Counted from the stretch's first letter, positions 13,581 to 29,576 are shown. The stretch is DNA of 64,000 nucleotides from the human T2T-CHM13v2.0 reference genome, Homo sapiens (GCF_009914755.1 NC_060925.1); one strand, 5' to 3'. Numbers and translations: made by a program. Notes: generated from the letters alone by a model not told the origin.

Positions 13581-15692
13581 TTGTGGATATTTCTATTTTA
13601 CATTGTGTATGGTGTAACACTTTGTTAAAACAGCCTGCATGACATACTATGACTAAGATATAACTAATATATAACATTGTTTATATGTTTCTTGGTAATT
13701 AGACCTTTGATGTTGAACTTGAATGAAACTTATTCGATTTTATGATGATGATCATAAGTTATGAAGACAGTTTGCTTGTAATGCAGAGAAGAATACACAA
13801 AGAAATCAAACCTGTTTATCCATTTGAGTTATTATAATTTAAGAATATATTATGATACATGTGATTAAACAATAAAATTGTATGTAGTTAAACTTAATGT
13901 TATGTAATTATTGCACATTAAGGGACATATCCACTACTGGTGACAGTTGTAATATTAGATAACATCTCAAAACCACTACTCGGTTATTTAAAACTAAAAC
14001 ACACACACAAGACACACACAAAACAACAAAACAATAACTATTATACCAAATAAAACAATGAAATAGAAATAATTTCAATAATGAATACATTATATAGTGG
14101 AAATTTCATATAAATAATGAATAACCCTTTCTCTAGCAATGCTGCATCCTTTCGCATAAGAAAATGGTGAAATTTGTCTAGGTGCCACCTATACTACCCA
14201 AAAAATAGAAGTACTAGGCAGAAAGTAGGAGTGCATAGAAAGCCAACTACAGATGAAGATTTATTGTGATGAAGATGCCTCCAGAACAAAAGTACTGCTA
14301 AATGTCATCATGTAAAAATAACGTGTCCTTTTTCTCACACTAACATCTCAATTATCCTTTGTCTAAATTTACTTTAAGAGACTCCCACATTATATTTAGT
14401 AATCATTAATTTTAGTATTTGTAATTTTCCAACAATTGAAAAATTATCGTATGCATACCATACATACATAATTTTTTTAAAAATTTTAAGTACTTTCCCT
14501 TAAGTTAGATGAGAAAACACTCCTAAGTTGCCCAAATAATGTTATTATATTGAAATCCAGAATTTTTAGTGACTTTAGAAGGGAAATAATTGCAATGAGT
14601 GTTTCATATTAATGCAGTTAGATAATTGCTAGGTGAATCATAAAGACAGTTTGCGAAAGGTAAAAAGACACTAGGCGATAAGATGGCTATATCGATCTTA
14701 GAGGTTATTTTATATTTAAAAGCATTAAGTATGCTAAAATAGGTCTACTGTTTTTAAATGATAAAAGTATGCAATAAAACATATTTGAAAACCATTTCGT
14801 AGAGTTACTAACCACATACTATTGATACAAAAACTTGTCATACCTATGTATCTATATTTACATGCATACATGTATAGCCATATTTATACCTAGCTCAGTT
14901 GTACTAGTGTATGTGTGCATTTTTCCTTTTTTAGTACTTCCTAATTAGCTTTTTCTCTTTCTCAATAGGGTCAGACCCAGGTCACAGCACAATTACACAT
15001 ATCTAAGATTCCTGCAACAAAAACATATTATTCTACCTCATTTTTTGATGTTCACATTTTTTCTCTCATTAAGGATCTGAATGAATCCATATGTCCGGTG
15101 TCATATTTCATGTTGGATTACTCTATAATTGTCAAAGTGTAACCTTCCAGAAAGGGAAATTACTGTTTTTATAATAAAGCATATTTTATATGTTTTTATA
15201 ATGAAGTGCCAGGTCTTGCCTTGCACTGTCCATAAATCTGCCCTGGCTTTCTGCCTGACTGCACACTAAGAATCATGCACAGAAAGCAGAGGCAGAAGCA
15301 GTGATTGGTAAGGACAGTTTTCTCAACAGTGTTTCTGCTTTGAAGAATGTAGAAAGATGAGGGCACTTCTGTAACAGTAGTTTGAAGGAAAAATTCTTGT
15401 TTGACAACTATGGGATGCAATATAAATTCTCATAGTTTGGCTGTTTACAGCAGTTGGTAAAATGCCAGAGTTGCAGTATATATCAATAGCAAATGATGTA
15501 TGTGCTTTATTATTTTTTAAGACTGAAGAAAGAGTGTTACTTTTTCTTCTGTAGGCGATCTGTTACATTTTTTGGTGAATATTTGTTTATTTATTTATTG
15601 ACAACTATTAATGAAAGTTATTTATAATATGGTTTCCTTTAGAAATTATAATTAAATGAAACATAACACAAATTCTGATATGTACAATCTTA

Positions 15693-15788
<96 letters not shown>

Positions 15789-18040
15789 CTAAAATAATAC
15801 AGAAAAAAAGTTGTAAATTTTGATAAATACTAAATATGCATGAGTTTCATTACATTTATTAGCATACATTTCATGTCAACTCTCCTGTACACATACATAC
15901 ATATGTAAATACATGTATTTCAAATGGAAATATAAGCATATTTCCATTTTTGCCTAGATCTGATTGTAACTTACTAAAGCTTGCATAGTTCAAAGATATT
16001 GGTGTAGGAAGACTACCAAAGCACTAAATTTCAGTTTACTTGCATTACAGACATCTGAACAGGTGTTGCACTTACTCCCCCAAACCCCTACATGTTAAGC
16101 ATGAACTTTTATGGAAAATCCTAATTTCAAAAGATCAGAAAATAGTATGTTTAATTAAGGAAGAGGGAATAGATGAGTGAAATTACAAACAAAGCTCATT
16201 ATCAGGAAAATTAACATCAATTAGCCCAGACAGTTTATTTTGAAAAGAAAAAAAAATAAAATAGCCAATAAACAATTTTTTTCTAAGTTTAATTTCTTAT
16301 AAAAGATATTATGGCAATGAGCCATTATTTGTGTACCACTCATTTTGTCCACCACTCATTTAACCAGAACTGTTATGAAGACAAATAACTAAGTTGACTG
16401 ATTTGGATTTCATCTCTCACCCTTTAGTCTCTAATGGCAGAGGTATTAATGAACAGAAAAGCAAATACAAGTTTAGCATCTGGCGAAAAGAGATATGGAA
16501 ATAAAATGGAAAATGAATCATAAATTAATATTGCAAAACAGGCTTTGTTACTGTCAATATTTGTTTAATGTATCCTGTCTTGTTTGAGTTATTTTTTTCC
16601 AACAACTAATAACACAGAAATTAACAAATAAGTTTATTTTTTTCTGGTGTATTTTTATTCATTAGCAATTTAGGCAATCTATATTTAGTCAAACAGTATT
16701 TCATCAGGGCAATTAAGACAGCCCAATGTTTCTGCAAGTCATTTCACAGGCCACACTCTCCCACCCTTTGGCAATGTATTTTCATAAGACTCCAGTGGTT
16801 ACTCGATATAAATGTTTAGAAACATTCATCTAGTTGTGAATACTAAAACGTTATCCAAATATTCCTTTAGGCCAAAACTTTAGTCATAATGTCATTTTAA
16901 AACCCATTTAAATGGAAAATAACTTTGCCTCCAAACAAGTATAATTTTCAATGCAGTAAAATTAATAATATTGAGCCCTTACTTTGTTGTGCCAGATAAA
17001 ATACTATACATACATATTATGCATATGTATCTGTGTACATTTTGTATATATGTATGTATATATAATTTCATTTGATTATCATAGCAAACTTGTAGGTGCT
17101 TTTCTTTGCAGATGAAGATAATAGCAGAGAAGTTAGATCATTTGCCCATCACATTGTTCAGTATATAGTGAACATGTATTAACATTTGTGGTATGAATGA
17201 CTCAATGGAAATGCCTTACAGCTAGCTTTGAAGTACTAAAGCCTGTGGTAAAAATGTTTGGGGTTTGGGTCATAGTTATAAACCATGCCACCAAGCAGGG
17301 TCAGCCTTGGGTATAATGCAACTGGGGCACAGCTCTGAGTTCTCCATCTTTTATTCTACCTCTTGCTTCCTTTTCTCCTAATATCCCACTCACAACCCCG
17401 CTCAAGCAAATCCAGAAGGATGACTCTAAATGAGGGGCTTCTGGCTCCCACATAGAATCTTAGGAAACCCCACAGATGTTCACTGCATATGAGACTACCT
17501 ACAATTAAGAGCAGTTTGACTAAATCACTTACTTGAGCCCTCAAAAGCCAGGAGTCCCATTATGCATCAACAAACTGCCTTGGGAGGGAAGGATATTTGT
17601 ACTCTGAAGATTGGCTAAGTGGTTGAACCAGTCCAAAAACCAATAAGGTTTTTAGTGACATTGAGAAATTCTGAACCATTTTTCTTTACCAGTCATAGGA
17701 CCCTACAAAGGTAGTAACTTGGCAATATGGACATTTTACAAGTTTTCATTCTGAGTAAGATACAGCAGACTGGTCATTTAAGGTCTGTTAACTTTCAAAT
17801 TTACACTATGCATCACTTTAACTATTTAACAGTATTTTACCACAATGACTCATTAAAAAAACATTTAAATGAAACAATTTACTATGACCTAAATTAATTT
17901 AAAAGATGTTTAAAAATGAAACATTTGGAAATTTAATTACAGCTTAATTAATTCCAATAGTATGAGTTAAACGTTATGGGAGAATGCAGAATTAGAAAGT
18001 TCAAGACTAGATCCCAAATTCTCTCTCTCTGTTTAATCTA

Positions 18041-18223
<183 letters not shown>

Positions 18224-19355
18224 TCAAAGCAATAAACCATACCCAGTATACTAAAAAGAAATGGAAAAAAAGCTGTTAAAGAAAGTATAATAATTTAAAA
18301 TATGACAAATAATGTAAACTCACTCTTAATAAAATGTAAGGAATTGATATGTTCTTTCATTCATTGTCTAAATCTTTCTTAGGGAAATTATTGCAGAAGC
18401 AAAAAGAAAATAATAATCTTTCACCAGATGGCAGATATCTATGCTAATTATATCATTGAATCTTTTAGTGTGATGGTTTGTAATAGACATTGACTTCCTT
18501 TTCTCTGTAACTTGAGGTATTAAGTAGGAACAAAGAGGAAAGGTACTCTCTTTTTTCATAATATTGCCTCTTACTCTCTTTATGTTAAACCACTTTAAGC
18601 GACATTGCGGAGCTATGTTCAATTAGAATTATATTTAGTTAACCTGTCATTTAATCTAGTTCCAGTTGCTTCTCTAGATAAATCACTCAAATTAAAATAA
18701 TTATCAGAACAGAGCGACAGCTCCAAGTAATATCTACTTATTTTCAAAATCCTCCAAATAAAATTCAAATGAAGTAATACAAAGGATAATCCCAACAGAC
18801 ATTATTATAACTTTATTAAATTGCGATTAAAATATAGTTTTGCAAAAGGAAAGTGCTGAGTAACATATTTATGGGACTGTAGTTGAATAGGATCATCATG
18901 GAACTGATAACACAGAGCAGTTTGAAAAGAAGCAAAATGTTGGGTGCCTGACTTTTGACAATCTCCTTACTAAAAACAGAACTAGACTTAATAAATCTTG
19001 TGGTTAAACCACAGATAGATATTTTCAACGTATGAAAAACTTTTGTAAATATGTTTCCAATTGGCTTATTTTTTTAAAAAAAATCCACAATATAAACAAT
19101 AAGTGGATAAGTAATTTCTAGTAATTTTAAACAACAATGACATTTGTCAAATGGCATCCCCAGAACATATATCTCTTTAAAATATTTTACTCTGCTATTG
19201 TATGAAATCATTAGTTTCCATTTAGTTACACAACACGATCCAACCAATTTTATCTTGTTGCTTAGTATCATGATTCTAACCAAAGTCTAAATCCATTTAT
19301 CTTAGCTACCATATTATTTAACAGTATCTAGGTTTAAATATTTTACTTAAGTCTA

Positions 19356-19499
<144 letters not shown>

Positions 19500-19987
19500 T
19501 CAATTATACTGCCTCCTATTAAAGGGGGAAAAAGACAGCACTTAGAATTTCTCTAGCAATAAGGATGCTTCCATTAACAGAATACTGAATATTATATAGA
19601 GATGTAGCAATGACTTTTAGAGATTATTTTTCTTAGGGTAATTGTGCTCTCTCAATTTTGTAAGTTTAAGAAGTAAAACAAATGTTTGTAGAAACCAGGA
19701 ATATTGCACATAACATTTTTTATCAAGTAATATGTCATGGAAGAAAAGTACTAGTAAAAATAAAACACATTAACAAAACCTACAGTCAATTAAAAAGTGA
19801 CAATTTGAAGTTTTACTTACTATAATAATGATATTCACTAACCATCAAGTATATTAGTTTGTGAAACGTACCCTTGTTAACAATCATTGGTATTAAAATT
19901 GTTTTCACTTTAATACAATTTAAAGAAAGGACTTTTTCAATCATCTAGACTCTAATCTCCCTACCCTCATAATACAAACATATTAAA

Positions 19988-20174
19988 CAGGACTGAGTAC
20001 ATAATTTGCAGGACCCAGTGCAAAATGAAAAATATGAGGCCTCCTAATAAGACATTAACAATTTCAAGAAGGTAACATTAGAACATTCAACTAATCACGA
20101 GGACCTTCTGGTTGTGGAACCTTGTGCTGACCCTGATATTATGCACAGAATACGTGTCCATGAAGCTGACCCTA
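19988..20174 (+). mobile_element. MER45A-like hAT DNA transposon
   Basis: caggactgagtacataatttgcaggacccagtgcaaaatgaaa ... ccatgaagctgaccct with terminal inverted repeats. Confidence 0.75.
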
Positions 20175-20429
20175 ACATTAAGAGGTCACCACTGAAACTT
20201 TCTTGATTGGTGTCTGACGATAATGAGCACAGACTTTCCTAAAGCAGTTTATTCTTCTATGAAGAGATCTATGTATTAGAAAGGCAATTTGAAATCTGCT
20301 ATACTGTAATCTCCAATTATCCATTATAACACTGACTATAAAATTGGGACTCTTTCTTAATTTTCCTTAAGGCCCCAAAGGTTTAAAAACTGCACTGATG
20401 GAATATACTTGCACATCCCAAAGGAAAGT

Positions 20430-21790
20430 TGTAGAGCAGCTATTGTCTCCATATACTAAGAAATTAAGTAATAGGTTTTGTGAGCATAGTTTATCACCCT
20501 CATCCAGGCTACATAAAAACAGTAAAGGAGTGGGAAGTTAGAAGAAAGGGAAGCAGTGAAAATGCCTCCTTATAGAGATGTTACAGGTGCTGTGGTGCAT
20601 CTCATCACCTCAAGTTAAGTGAAAAGGGCTCCAGGGAACCAAACCACTTAACTTGGCTCCAACATGGAGACTGCATTTGGCTACTGCCCAGAACTTTTTA
20701 AACTGAAGAGATCAAAGAAAAAAAGGATGACTGGATAATAACAGGACACAATCCCTCCTATTTTAAGGCAAAAGTGCCTATTTTCTGGGAACCAGATATA
20801 AACCCTAAAGAATGGAACCTATGGTCATTTAAAAATGGTTTACACTCAGTAAGACTGTGTAGCTGAAGGTGAAATGGGACTTCAACAGATGGTGGGCCTG
20901 AGAAGCCCAAGGTCTGTGTCAGAGCCCTAGTCTGTAGCCTGACACACTGAGGCCTCCAGGAAATTCAAAGGCTCCAGATAGGCCACAAAAGCTTTACATG
21001 GGAGAAAGGGCCAGAGCTTGTGTCTGCCATGAGGAACAACCAAACACCAGACAATAACTGTGCCAGTCAGGCAACTTCAACCCAGAAACTGACTGCACTT
21101 CATTCCCTGTTCTTCCTCAGCCTTAAAGGGCATCAAATAAGAGAGGAAGTAGAAACATCAGATAGGCCTCCCATGATAATTCCCTGTGCCATGTAGGTCT
21201 GAGTTGAGGATAGGGAGAAGCCATCTTAAAGGAGAATTTTAAATTTTTGCATATATTGACCCTAATTTCTTTCTTTCTTTTTTTTTTTTTTTTTTGAGAC
21301 AGAGTCTCGCTCTGTCACCCAGGCTGGAGTGCAGTGGCACAATCTCGGCTCACTGCAAGCTCCGCCTCCCTGGGTTCATGCCATTCTCCTGCCTCAGCCT
21401 CCCAAGTAGCTGGGACTGCAGGCACCCACCACCACCCCCGGCTAATCTTTTTTTTATTCTTTTTTTAATTTTTTTTTTGTATTTTTACTAAAGACGGGGT
21501 TTCACCGTGTTAGCCAGGATGGTCCCGATCTCCTAACCTCGTGATCCGCCCGCCTCGGCCTCCCAAAGTGCTGGGATTACAGGCATGAGCCATTGCGCCC
21601 GGCCCCTAATTTCTTAAATACTAAACTGTGATTTGCCGTATGAATGAAAAGACCAGAAAAGCTATAGAACCTCTCTGAGATGTCATCTGATTAGCATGGA
21701 TGAGACAGAGGATGCACGGTTTTGAAGAAGTGTAGAAAGAGTGGTCTTTTCCTACTACCACTGAATCAGGACTATTTAACAAAAGAGTTA
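20430..21790 (+). mobile_element. Ancient LTR (Gypsy-like/MamGypLTR-like), interrupted by AluY
   Basis: GC-richer block. gaccagaaaagctatagaacctctctgagatgtcat resembles the recalled MamGypLTR. Family assignment uncertain. Confidence 0.35.
21272..21604 (-). mobile_element. AluY
   Basis: AluY diagnostics (gcaagctccgcc, ccgtgttagccaggatgg, ctcgtgatccgcccgcc). TSD ccctaatttctt. Confidence 0.95.
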
Positions 21791-24700
21791 TAACTAGTCA
21801 TAGTTATGCCATGTTTTTTTTTAATTGTGCAGGTGAATAATATCATTTCTTTCATCAGTTTTTACACGGCATCATTTCCAGAATGTTATCCTTTGCCTTT
21901 CTCTTCCACTATTGTATTTTCACTTTTCATTTTACATTTTTTTTTGGTATCAATGATTGTCCACAAGAAGAGATTGATCTGAGTAGCAAGAAAGGAGGGT
22001 TATGGGACCAGTTGCTGCTAGTGATATGAAAGGCTATTTCTGTTAATGCCCAGCAAAATTCGTATGAACTGTGGCAGATTGTATAATTTAGTTCATGTAA
22101 ACAAAAACCTTTTATCTCTCTTATGTCTCTCTTCTCTTCATTTCCATTTATAACACATTAGCCTTTTATGATTTTTATTTAATTATCTGTCTAGGTTGGG
22201 TTTGTTTCCGATTTTTCTTCCACATTAAAGCCAGAAGAATCTTTCTAAAATGCCAAATTCCCATTGCCAACATAATAAAATCCAAACTCATCACTGTATT
22301 ATATGAAATTTCACAGTTTGAACTCTGGCTACTAGCTTGGCTTGTAATTTTGATATTTCTATTCCTATCCTGAACTCAACCAAAGATTAATCCACACTGA
22401 ATTTTATATCCATCTCTGAACAAGCTAGGCTACTTTATGCTTGTAGACTTTTGCCCACATCTGTCCCTCTGGCTGGAATATTACACCTCCACACCTTCAA
22501 TACTAATCTCCTTGGCAAGCACTTGTAACATTTCAGTGAACTAATTTTTTAAAATGCTTGTTGGGGCTCAATTAATATCACGAATGAGTAAATGATACTC
22601 CCAGCTATTTCATACACACTCTTCCCCTTCTGTGATATAGTTATTTTATTTTTGGAGCTTAAATATTTACATTTCTTTCCATTGGATCCAAATGATCTCA
22701 TTTGAAAGAATGATATTGTTTAAAACCTTTATACTTAAAGTAATCATGTAGAAATGATTAAACTTGTAACTGCTGAGCCAATTGAAATTTTCTGGAGGAA
22801 AGGATTCAAGAGTTCTTGTTTCTATACCCATGTTAAGTAATTTCATCCATGTTTCAGCTTCAACTTATAATAAGCTAATGACTAATAATCACTAATAAGC
22901 TAATGACTTCCAATATTGTATCAATAGCTCGAACCAATATTTTATCTCTTGAGATTCTGACTCAGATCAACTGCTTAATCCACTGATTCACATCAGCGCC
23001 TCTAAAGCACTTTATATATAGTATGTCTAAAGCAAAACTTATGATTTGTTCCCTGACTTATCTCCCAGTAACACAAACCAAAAATCTTGGAGAAACTTTT
23101 TACATTTTCCTTTCACACTATACTATACTTATAATTATACTATAATTTATCAATAAGACCTACTAATTTGTAAATAGATCTTGAGATTTTCTAGTTTTTA
23201 TTTCAGCTCATTTCTCACTTTTTGACTTGTTAAGCCTAGTTAGCCACCATCCCATCATTCTTGCCCCATTCCAATTCACCTACTGCACTATTACCAATCC
23301 CCTGCACCTTTACGCCAGACCAGGCCTACTCTTCAGAACTATTCAGATACTTACAAAACAAAGACAAAAATGTGATTATATCATGCAAGGCACTATTTCA
23401 TTTGTCTCTTGTTGACTTCTCCAACCTTATTTTAAAGATCATTCCTTCCATGGACGGAATATATAAAGTATATTCACTGCTTAGAACATGCCTTAAGTAT
23501 ACTTTTGCATATAACTCTTAAAGAGGCTTGGAAAAGCTTTACCTTTCTTTACAACTTCACTTTGCCAAGTTAACTCATACCTGCCTTTCAGCTCTCAACC
23601 GAAATCTGGGTTTTTAGAGACTTTCCTTGCCCCTTCATCATATACCCTCTAGGCAGGATCTGACCCCCACATTAGGCTTCTTGATTCTCCATCAATTTCT
23701 TTCACATTTTTTTCCAGTTTGTATTTATATACTTAAGACATTACAACACTTTAAACTCTGTGAGGTCAAGATCAGGACCAGTGTATTTCAGGATTGCATG
23801 CTCTACTCCTAGCGCAGTGCTTGACAGTCTGAATCTCCTAAATAAAAACTGTTGGTACATTACGTCAACCATGGATTGTTGACTCACACCACATGTATGC
23901 ATATATGTGTATGTTTGTGTGAGTTTTGTGACACATGAATGAACTTCCCACAGAGGACTAATTTTCATGGTCTAAAATTGTACAGTGGGGCAATGTATTT
24001 ATTGCTAAAAATAAATGCGTCTCTTTTCAGTTATATGCATTGAGTTTAATTCTAAGATTTCAGGTTGTCTTCTAAACTATGAGATACATCCATAAATTAT
24101 CTTTCTTAAAAATAGCTAATGAAACATAAATATAGAAAGGATCCACAAGTTTCATTGGCCAAAAAGGAGTCCCAATAAGCATAAATCACAAAAACCTAAG
24201 GATAAATGCTAGTATGGTGAAAAAAAGTATGCTTTCATACAATGTCACTATGTAAGAAAACTAAGAAATAAAATTGAAAGGCAAGCACAATGCCTTTCAA
24301 AATTGTATTAAATACATTTTTCATTTAATCTTATTTTCATGAAGGAGATAAAAAGCATTATTCTTCTTCCAAAAAGTAACTTCTTTAGTTTCTAAGTAGT
24401 AGCTGTATCTCAGTGGCCAGTCCTCTCTATGTTCCTTTTATTATTGACAGAATTCAATAAAATATAAAGAAATCTCAATCCAATTAGTCTACATTTAGCA
24501 CGGACACATCATTTTTAACCAATAATAATGCAGAAAAATATGCGATTTTCTAAAATGCATCGCACTTTTATTTTTATCATAAAGAAACATGGAACCTTGG
24601 AACTACTATCTGTGCAACCCTAAAGAGCACTTTAAAAATTATATTAGTTATAGCAGTTCATTTGTTGCAAGCCCCAATTCAGCCAAGGAACATTTTGTAA

Positions 24701-25730
24701 ATACTTTTTGTTCTTAAATGTTAAGAATACCTGTATTTTAAAATATTTAATAAAAGGTTTGGTAATTTGTCTTCTTTGGATGAATTTAAAATAGTGTCGT
24801 AACGCTATGGCAGTCTTTGTATTTCTACATATAAACCCAACAATATTTAGATTTACCATTTTCAGAACAAGATAAGCAGAATCAACAGTATCTGGTATTC
24901 AGGAGTCCTGGACTAAATTCTTTGTTCTTTTCCAGAAATAAACCAGTGTGGTGTTAAACTTTCAAAATTGTTGCTTTTTGTAATGTGATTATGGAAAAAA
25001 AGAATTGCACATTTAACAAAAGGGTTCTAGGTATGATGAATTTTTGTGTGTGGAGGTTTGGAAATTGTGCCAGAGTTTGTTTTTGTTTCCTTTTGATTTA
25101 ACGAATGTGTGTGCATAAATAGAACTTTATTTTGAAAGCAGTTGATAAAGAATTAGAGGGTATTTATGATGACAAAAGAATAAGAACTTTAGTGTTGGGT
25201 GATTACCATGTTTGTTTTGCCAACTAGCTATAAACATGAATGGAATGATGATTTAAGCACAGACCTGCACTTCTGTATGACAGAAGACAAAATAAGTTCA
25301 TGTCATGGATGCTAATTCATTATCTGCTAAACTCAACATGTACTTTAATAGTTCTAGGTAATTTCGCTTTAAGTTGGTCTGGTTTTCAAAACCTACAGTC
25401 TCAATGAAAGTTTAAACTATTTTAGTAGCTAATGATTTAGTTATGCTTATTTTAGAATGTCTAATTTCAAGAATTATAAAGTGCTTGCATAATGCTGTAT
25501 TAAATGTATTTTTAAATATTTAATGTATACACATATAAGCATACATATCTATCCATAAATATACATATGTAAACAAATACAAGAAAGTTATATATGGATT
25601 TGCTATTAATATTACTATTTCAGAATTATAAGTATCAAAGAATAATATCAGCAGTGGAAACAATTGCTGGTGCAATACAATATCCATTTCTGTGTGTCTG
25701 TATATTACTTTTCTTTAAAAAATCTAACTT

Positions 25731-26018
25731 AGCCAGGCATGGTGGCTCATGCCTATAATCCCAGCACTTCGGGAGGCTGAGGAGGCAGGCAGATCACTTG
25801 AGCCAAGGAGTTCCAAACCAGCCTAAGCAACATAGCAAAACCCCATCTCTTAAAAAAAGATACAAATATTAGCCGGGTGTGGTGGTGCACACCTGCAGTC
25901 CCAAGCCACTTAGGAGGGTGAGGCGAGCGGATCTATACCTCCTAGGAGGTAGAGACAATCACGCCACTGCACTCCAGCCTGAGCAACAGAGTGAGAACCT
26001 TGTCTCAAAAAAAAAAAA
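25731..26018 (+). mobile_element. Alu (AluJ-like)
   Basis: Two arms and A-tail. TSD aaaaatctaactt. Confidence 0.92.
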
Positions 26019-27701
26019 TCTAACTTGAAGGAAGGAGTATGTTTTAAATTCTGCTACCAAACATGCTTTATTTAGAGACCATAAATGACTACCAATTACT
26101 TGATTTACCCATTCTAAAAAAATTATCAAACACTCTGTTGAAGGGACCAAAGAGATTCACAGATTGGACTATATTGATGAGAGGAAAAAGAAGATAATTA
26201 ACAGCAACCTATCCTTCTACTGTCACATAACTCCTATTTATCCTATCTGTTTTCTCTGTAACACACTGGACTTAACTGCTGTCTACATTTCCTCCATCGA
26301 AGCCATTAATGTTTATGAGGGTTGAAATGGAAATATTATATATCATCTAGCTCTGCATGCTAGGTCTTACAATTTTCTGCTCTAATTTTATAAATTATAA
26401 GCAATAATTGATTATAAATGTCATCATCATATGATTGCAATAAAAATTATCTTGAATCAATATGTGTTTTTAAATGGCTTTTAAAATTAGTGCTAAGAGT
26501 TCTATTAGCAAAACACCAATCTTAATTTCATATTACATTTTAGCCAGAAGTTGGAGCAAATACATCTTCAAATGCAGATTAATATTTTGGCCATGTTACA
26601 GTTTTGTATATATTCCTGTGCTAGTGGAAGGGATAGGATTAATTTACCCCAAAACACACATGCCTAAATTTTAAGCATACCATTATTTATATATTACATT
26701 CAACATTTATCATATATATGTATGCATGTATATTAATGAACATTAAAGATAAGAACTGGGATATTAATTTATTTGATTTTTTATTTTGTTTTATTTTTCT
26801 AGTTACCCAATATCCAGATTTGTCAATCAGGACATATTTATAGTGCACCTATTTTGACAAGGAGATATACTAATACACCCTTAAAAGACCCTTCTTCATT
26901 ATCTTCATCTATATTGCTTATTATTGATTTAGTACTTTCTAGGTAATTTAGGGATGTGTGGCTCCCATGTGAAAGCTCTTTCATTTCTCTTCTCTAGCTC
27001 TAATTTACTTATTGATCCACGACTTTCCACCTTCTGCACTCCCAAAAGACAATGGAGACTTTCCAAAACTAATCATTAAACCTCAGGTTTCTATTCCAGC
27101 TTACTTACTTCTTACTTATTATAAACTTTCCTATAATATTTCACTCCTGCCTTGTACTTTCTCTCTTTTTTAAACAATGAAGATTTTTTTTTATCATGAA
27201 GCAGTCATCCTTGCTTCATCCTACTGCTTTGAGTAAGCACCTGCCCCAGTCAAACAACATTCTCCATTTAACAATTTTGACACTCAATTGTATTCCATTA
27301 TAACTGACCTATTGTAGGCAAATAGCAAATGACCTCCTAATTTGTAAACTCAATAGCCTTTTCTCAAGTTTCTTATACTTGACATAGCAAATGTGCTTTT
27401 ATATGATACTTTTTGTTCCTCAGATATTTCTAACATCCTATGTCTTCTCATAAATTTTAATCAATCCACCTATATTTTTTAAAGCTGTCATTCTTTTCTT
27501 TCTATACTTTCTTATTCATCAATCTGACATTCTTAGAAATTAGTGTTTTTTTTAAGATGGCAATAATGAGAATTAAAAAAGAAAAAAAAAGTGAGCCTGA
27601 AAAAAGGGTGAGTTTGTAAAAACTTCTTGCTCTAAATTTAGAACTAAATAATAGTCTGAAGAATGTTATCTTCAAAACTCTTGTTTTAAAAAGTGAGAGA
27701 G

Positions 27702-28002
27702 GGACAGATGCAGTGGCTCATGCCTGTAACCCAAGCCCTTTGGGAGGCTGAGGTTGGAGGATCACCTGACCCAAGGAGTTTGAGATCAGCCTGGGCAACA
27801 TGGCAAAATCCTGTCTCTACAAAAAAATACAAAAAAAATTAGCCAGGTGGCAGTGTGCACGTATAGTCTCAGCTAGTCAAGAGAGTAGGGAGAATTGCTT
27901 GAACCCAGGCGGAGTTGAAGCTGCAGTGAGCCATAATCATGCTACTGCTCTCCAGCCTGGGTGACAGTGTGAGACCCTTTCCCCTCCCCCTCCAAAAAAA
28001 AA
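27702..28002 (+). mobile_element. Alu (AluJ-like)
   Basis: Two arms. TSD aaaaagtgaga. Confidence 0.9.
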
Positions 28003-28189
28003 GTGAGAAAGAAATTGATGTGCTAGATATGAGTTCCCCAAAAACATAACCTTGAGTACACTTGATAGAGTAGATGAAAAGGCTATTAACAAAAATTAGT
28101 AATGATTATGACAACCACTCCAATGACTTTCTATCTTTTCTAACTTCTCTGTCTTCCCTGATTGTTCTATTATTCCTCCAAAACCCTGA

Positions 28190-29185
28190 ATTTAAGCATC
28201 TCCATCAACATAAGCCTTAGTTTCCACCCTGGTGATTAACCCATGCATGATAGATTCTCATGGCTTCCTTTACTATCAGGTCTTAATAGTGAAAATGACT
28301 GTCAAGTCTTAATAAATCTCCCTCTCAAAAGTTCCAGATTCTCATTCTCAATTGCATACCTTATTTATCTGTGTGTTCACCAGTACCTGAAATTCATCAC
28401 CTCCAAAACTAATTCCATTATTTAATCTATGTGGATCCCAATATGACTTCTTTCTTGGTACGATTGTTTCTTAGTCTTACTGCAGTATTTCCAGTCCTTC
28501 AAACTTAGAAGCTATTAGAATGCTATGAATTTCCTTCTCTTCGCCTATCTCAACCCATCAGTTGATTTCTTTAGCTTCTACCTTCATAATTAATCTTTCA
28601 TTAAAACTGGTAAATCTTTTCATCCAGCCAAAATCTTACTGTCAGTTTTCCTTTCATACTGCAACACATCTTAACTGAGCACATGAACTTCACCATAATG
28701 TCTATTTGACCTGAGCTGCATAGAGATTCTGAACTAATATTCCTAAAACTGAATTTCAATTACAGAATCTTGTGTTAGTCATCTTCCATCAACTTAAAAA
28801 TATATGCTGCTATACAATGCCCCCATGTTCTAGACAAATATATTTATTATTCCTCCAATTTTACATGCAAAGTCCTTCCTTTATGCCTTTGCTAATTTTA
28901 TCAATCTCTATTGTGCTGTCTTTTCATCTTGCCTTATTGAAATCACTATGGTTCAAGTACTACTGTTTCCTTTTCATTCCATGATATGAGCTCTCTCTAT
29001 AAAACCCCACAGTACTTTCTTAGACCTCACTGGAATTACCCATTATATGCTGCTTGTATTATTATTATCTGTATGATGCTCTGCTGTAACCTCCCCTTTC
29101 TTGACTGTAAACTCATTGAAAAAAGAATCATGTGAACTACAGAGCTCTCCATTAAATAGGAGCTCAATAAATACTTGTTAAATCA
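28190..29185 (+). mobile_element. L2 LINE fragments
   Basis: Pyrimidine-rich L2-like sequence ending in gactgtaaactcattga...taggagctcaataaatacttgttaaat (L2 3' end). Confidence 0.55.
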
Positions 29186-29576
29186 TGTTAGCCAAACAAA
29201 GCTTTATCAAAAAATAAGATAATTTATTAAAATAATTCCTAAGAGACATGTTTTTGCTTTCTCAATATTTTGTGTACAAATCAGAAAAAAACAATGTTGA
29301 ATACAATAAAGTTGAACCATTCCATTTGCTTGTCTCACTATATGCATGCATATAATGGGTAAGTAAACCCATAGGAACTAGCAAAGCATTTGTAAGTCAT
29401 CAAGGAAAACATTACCGTATTCATACAGCTTTTTATCAGCTACTGGAGCGGCTCAAAACAAAGTGGCTCAAGAAGAGTCAGCCTTACCTTCCAGTGCGAA
29501 CTATAAATAGAGGAATACTGAGTAAATACTACAGATGTGTTCTATCAGCGGGAAACTGCTAATTAAAATAACTTAC

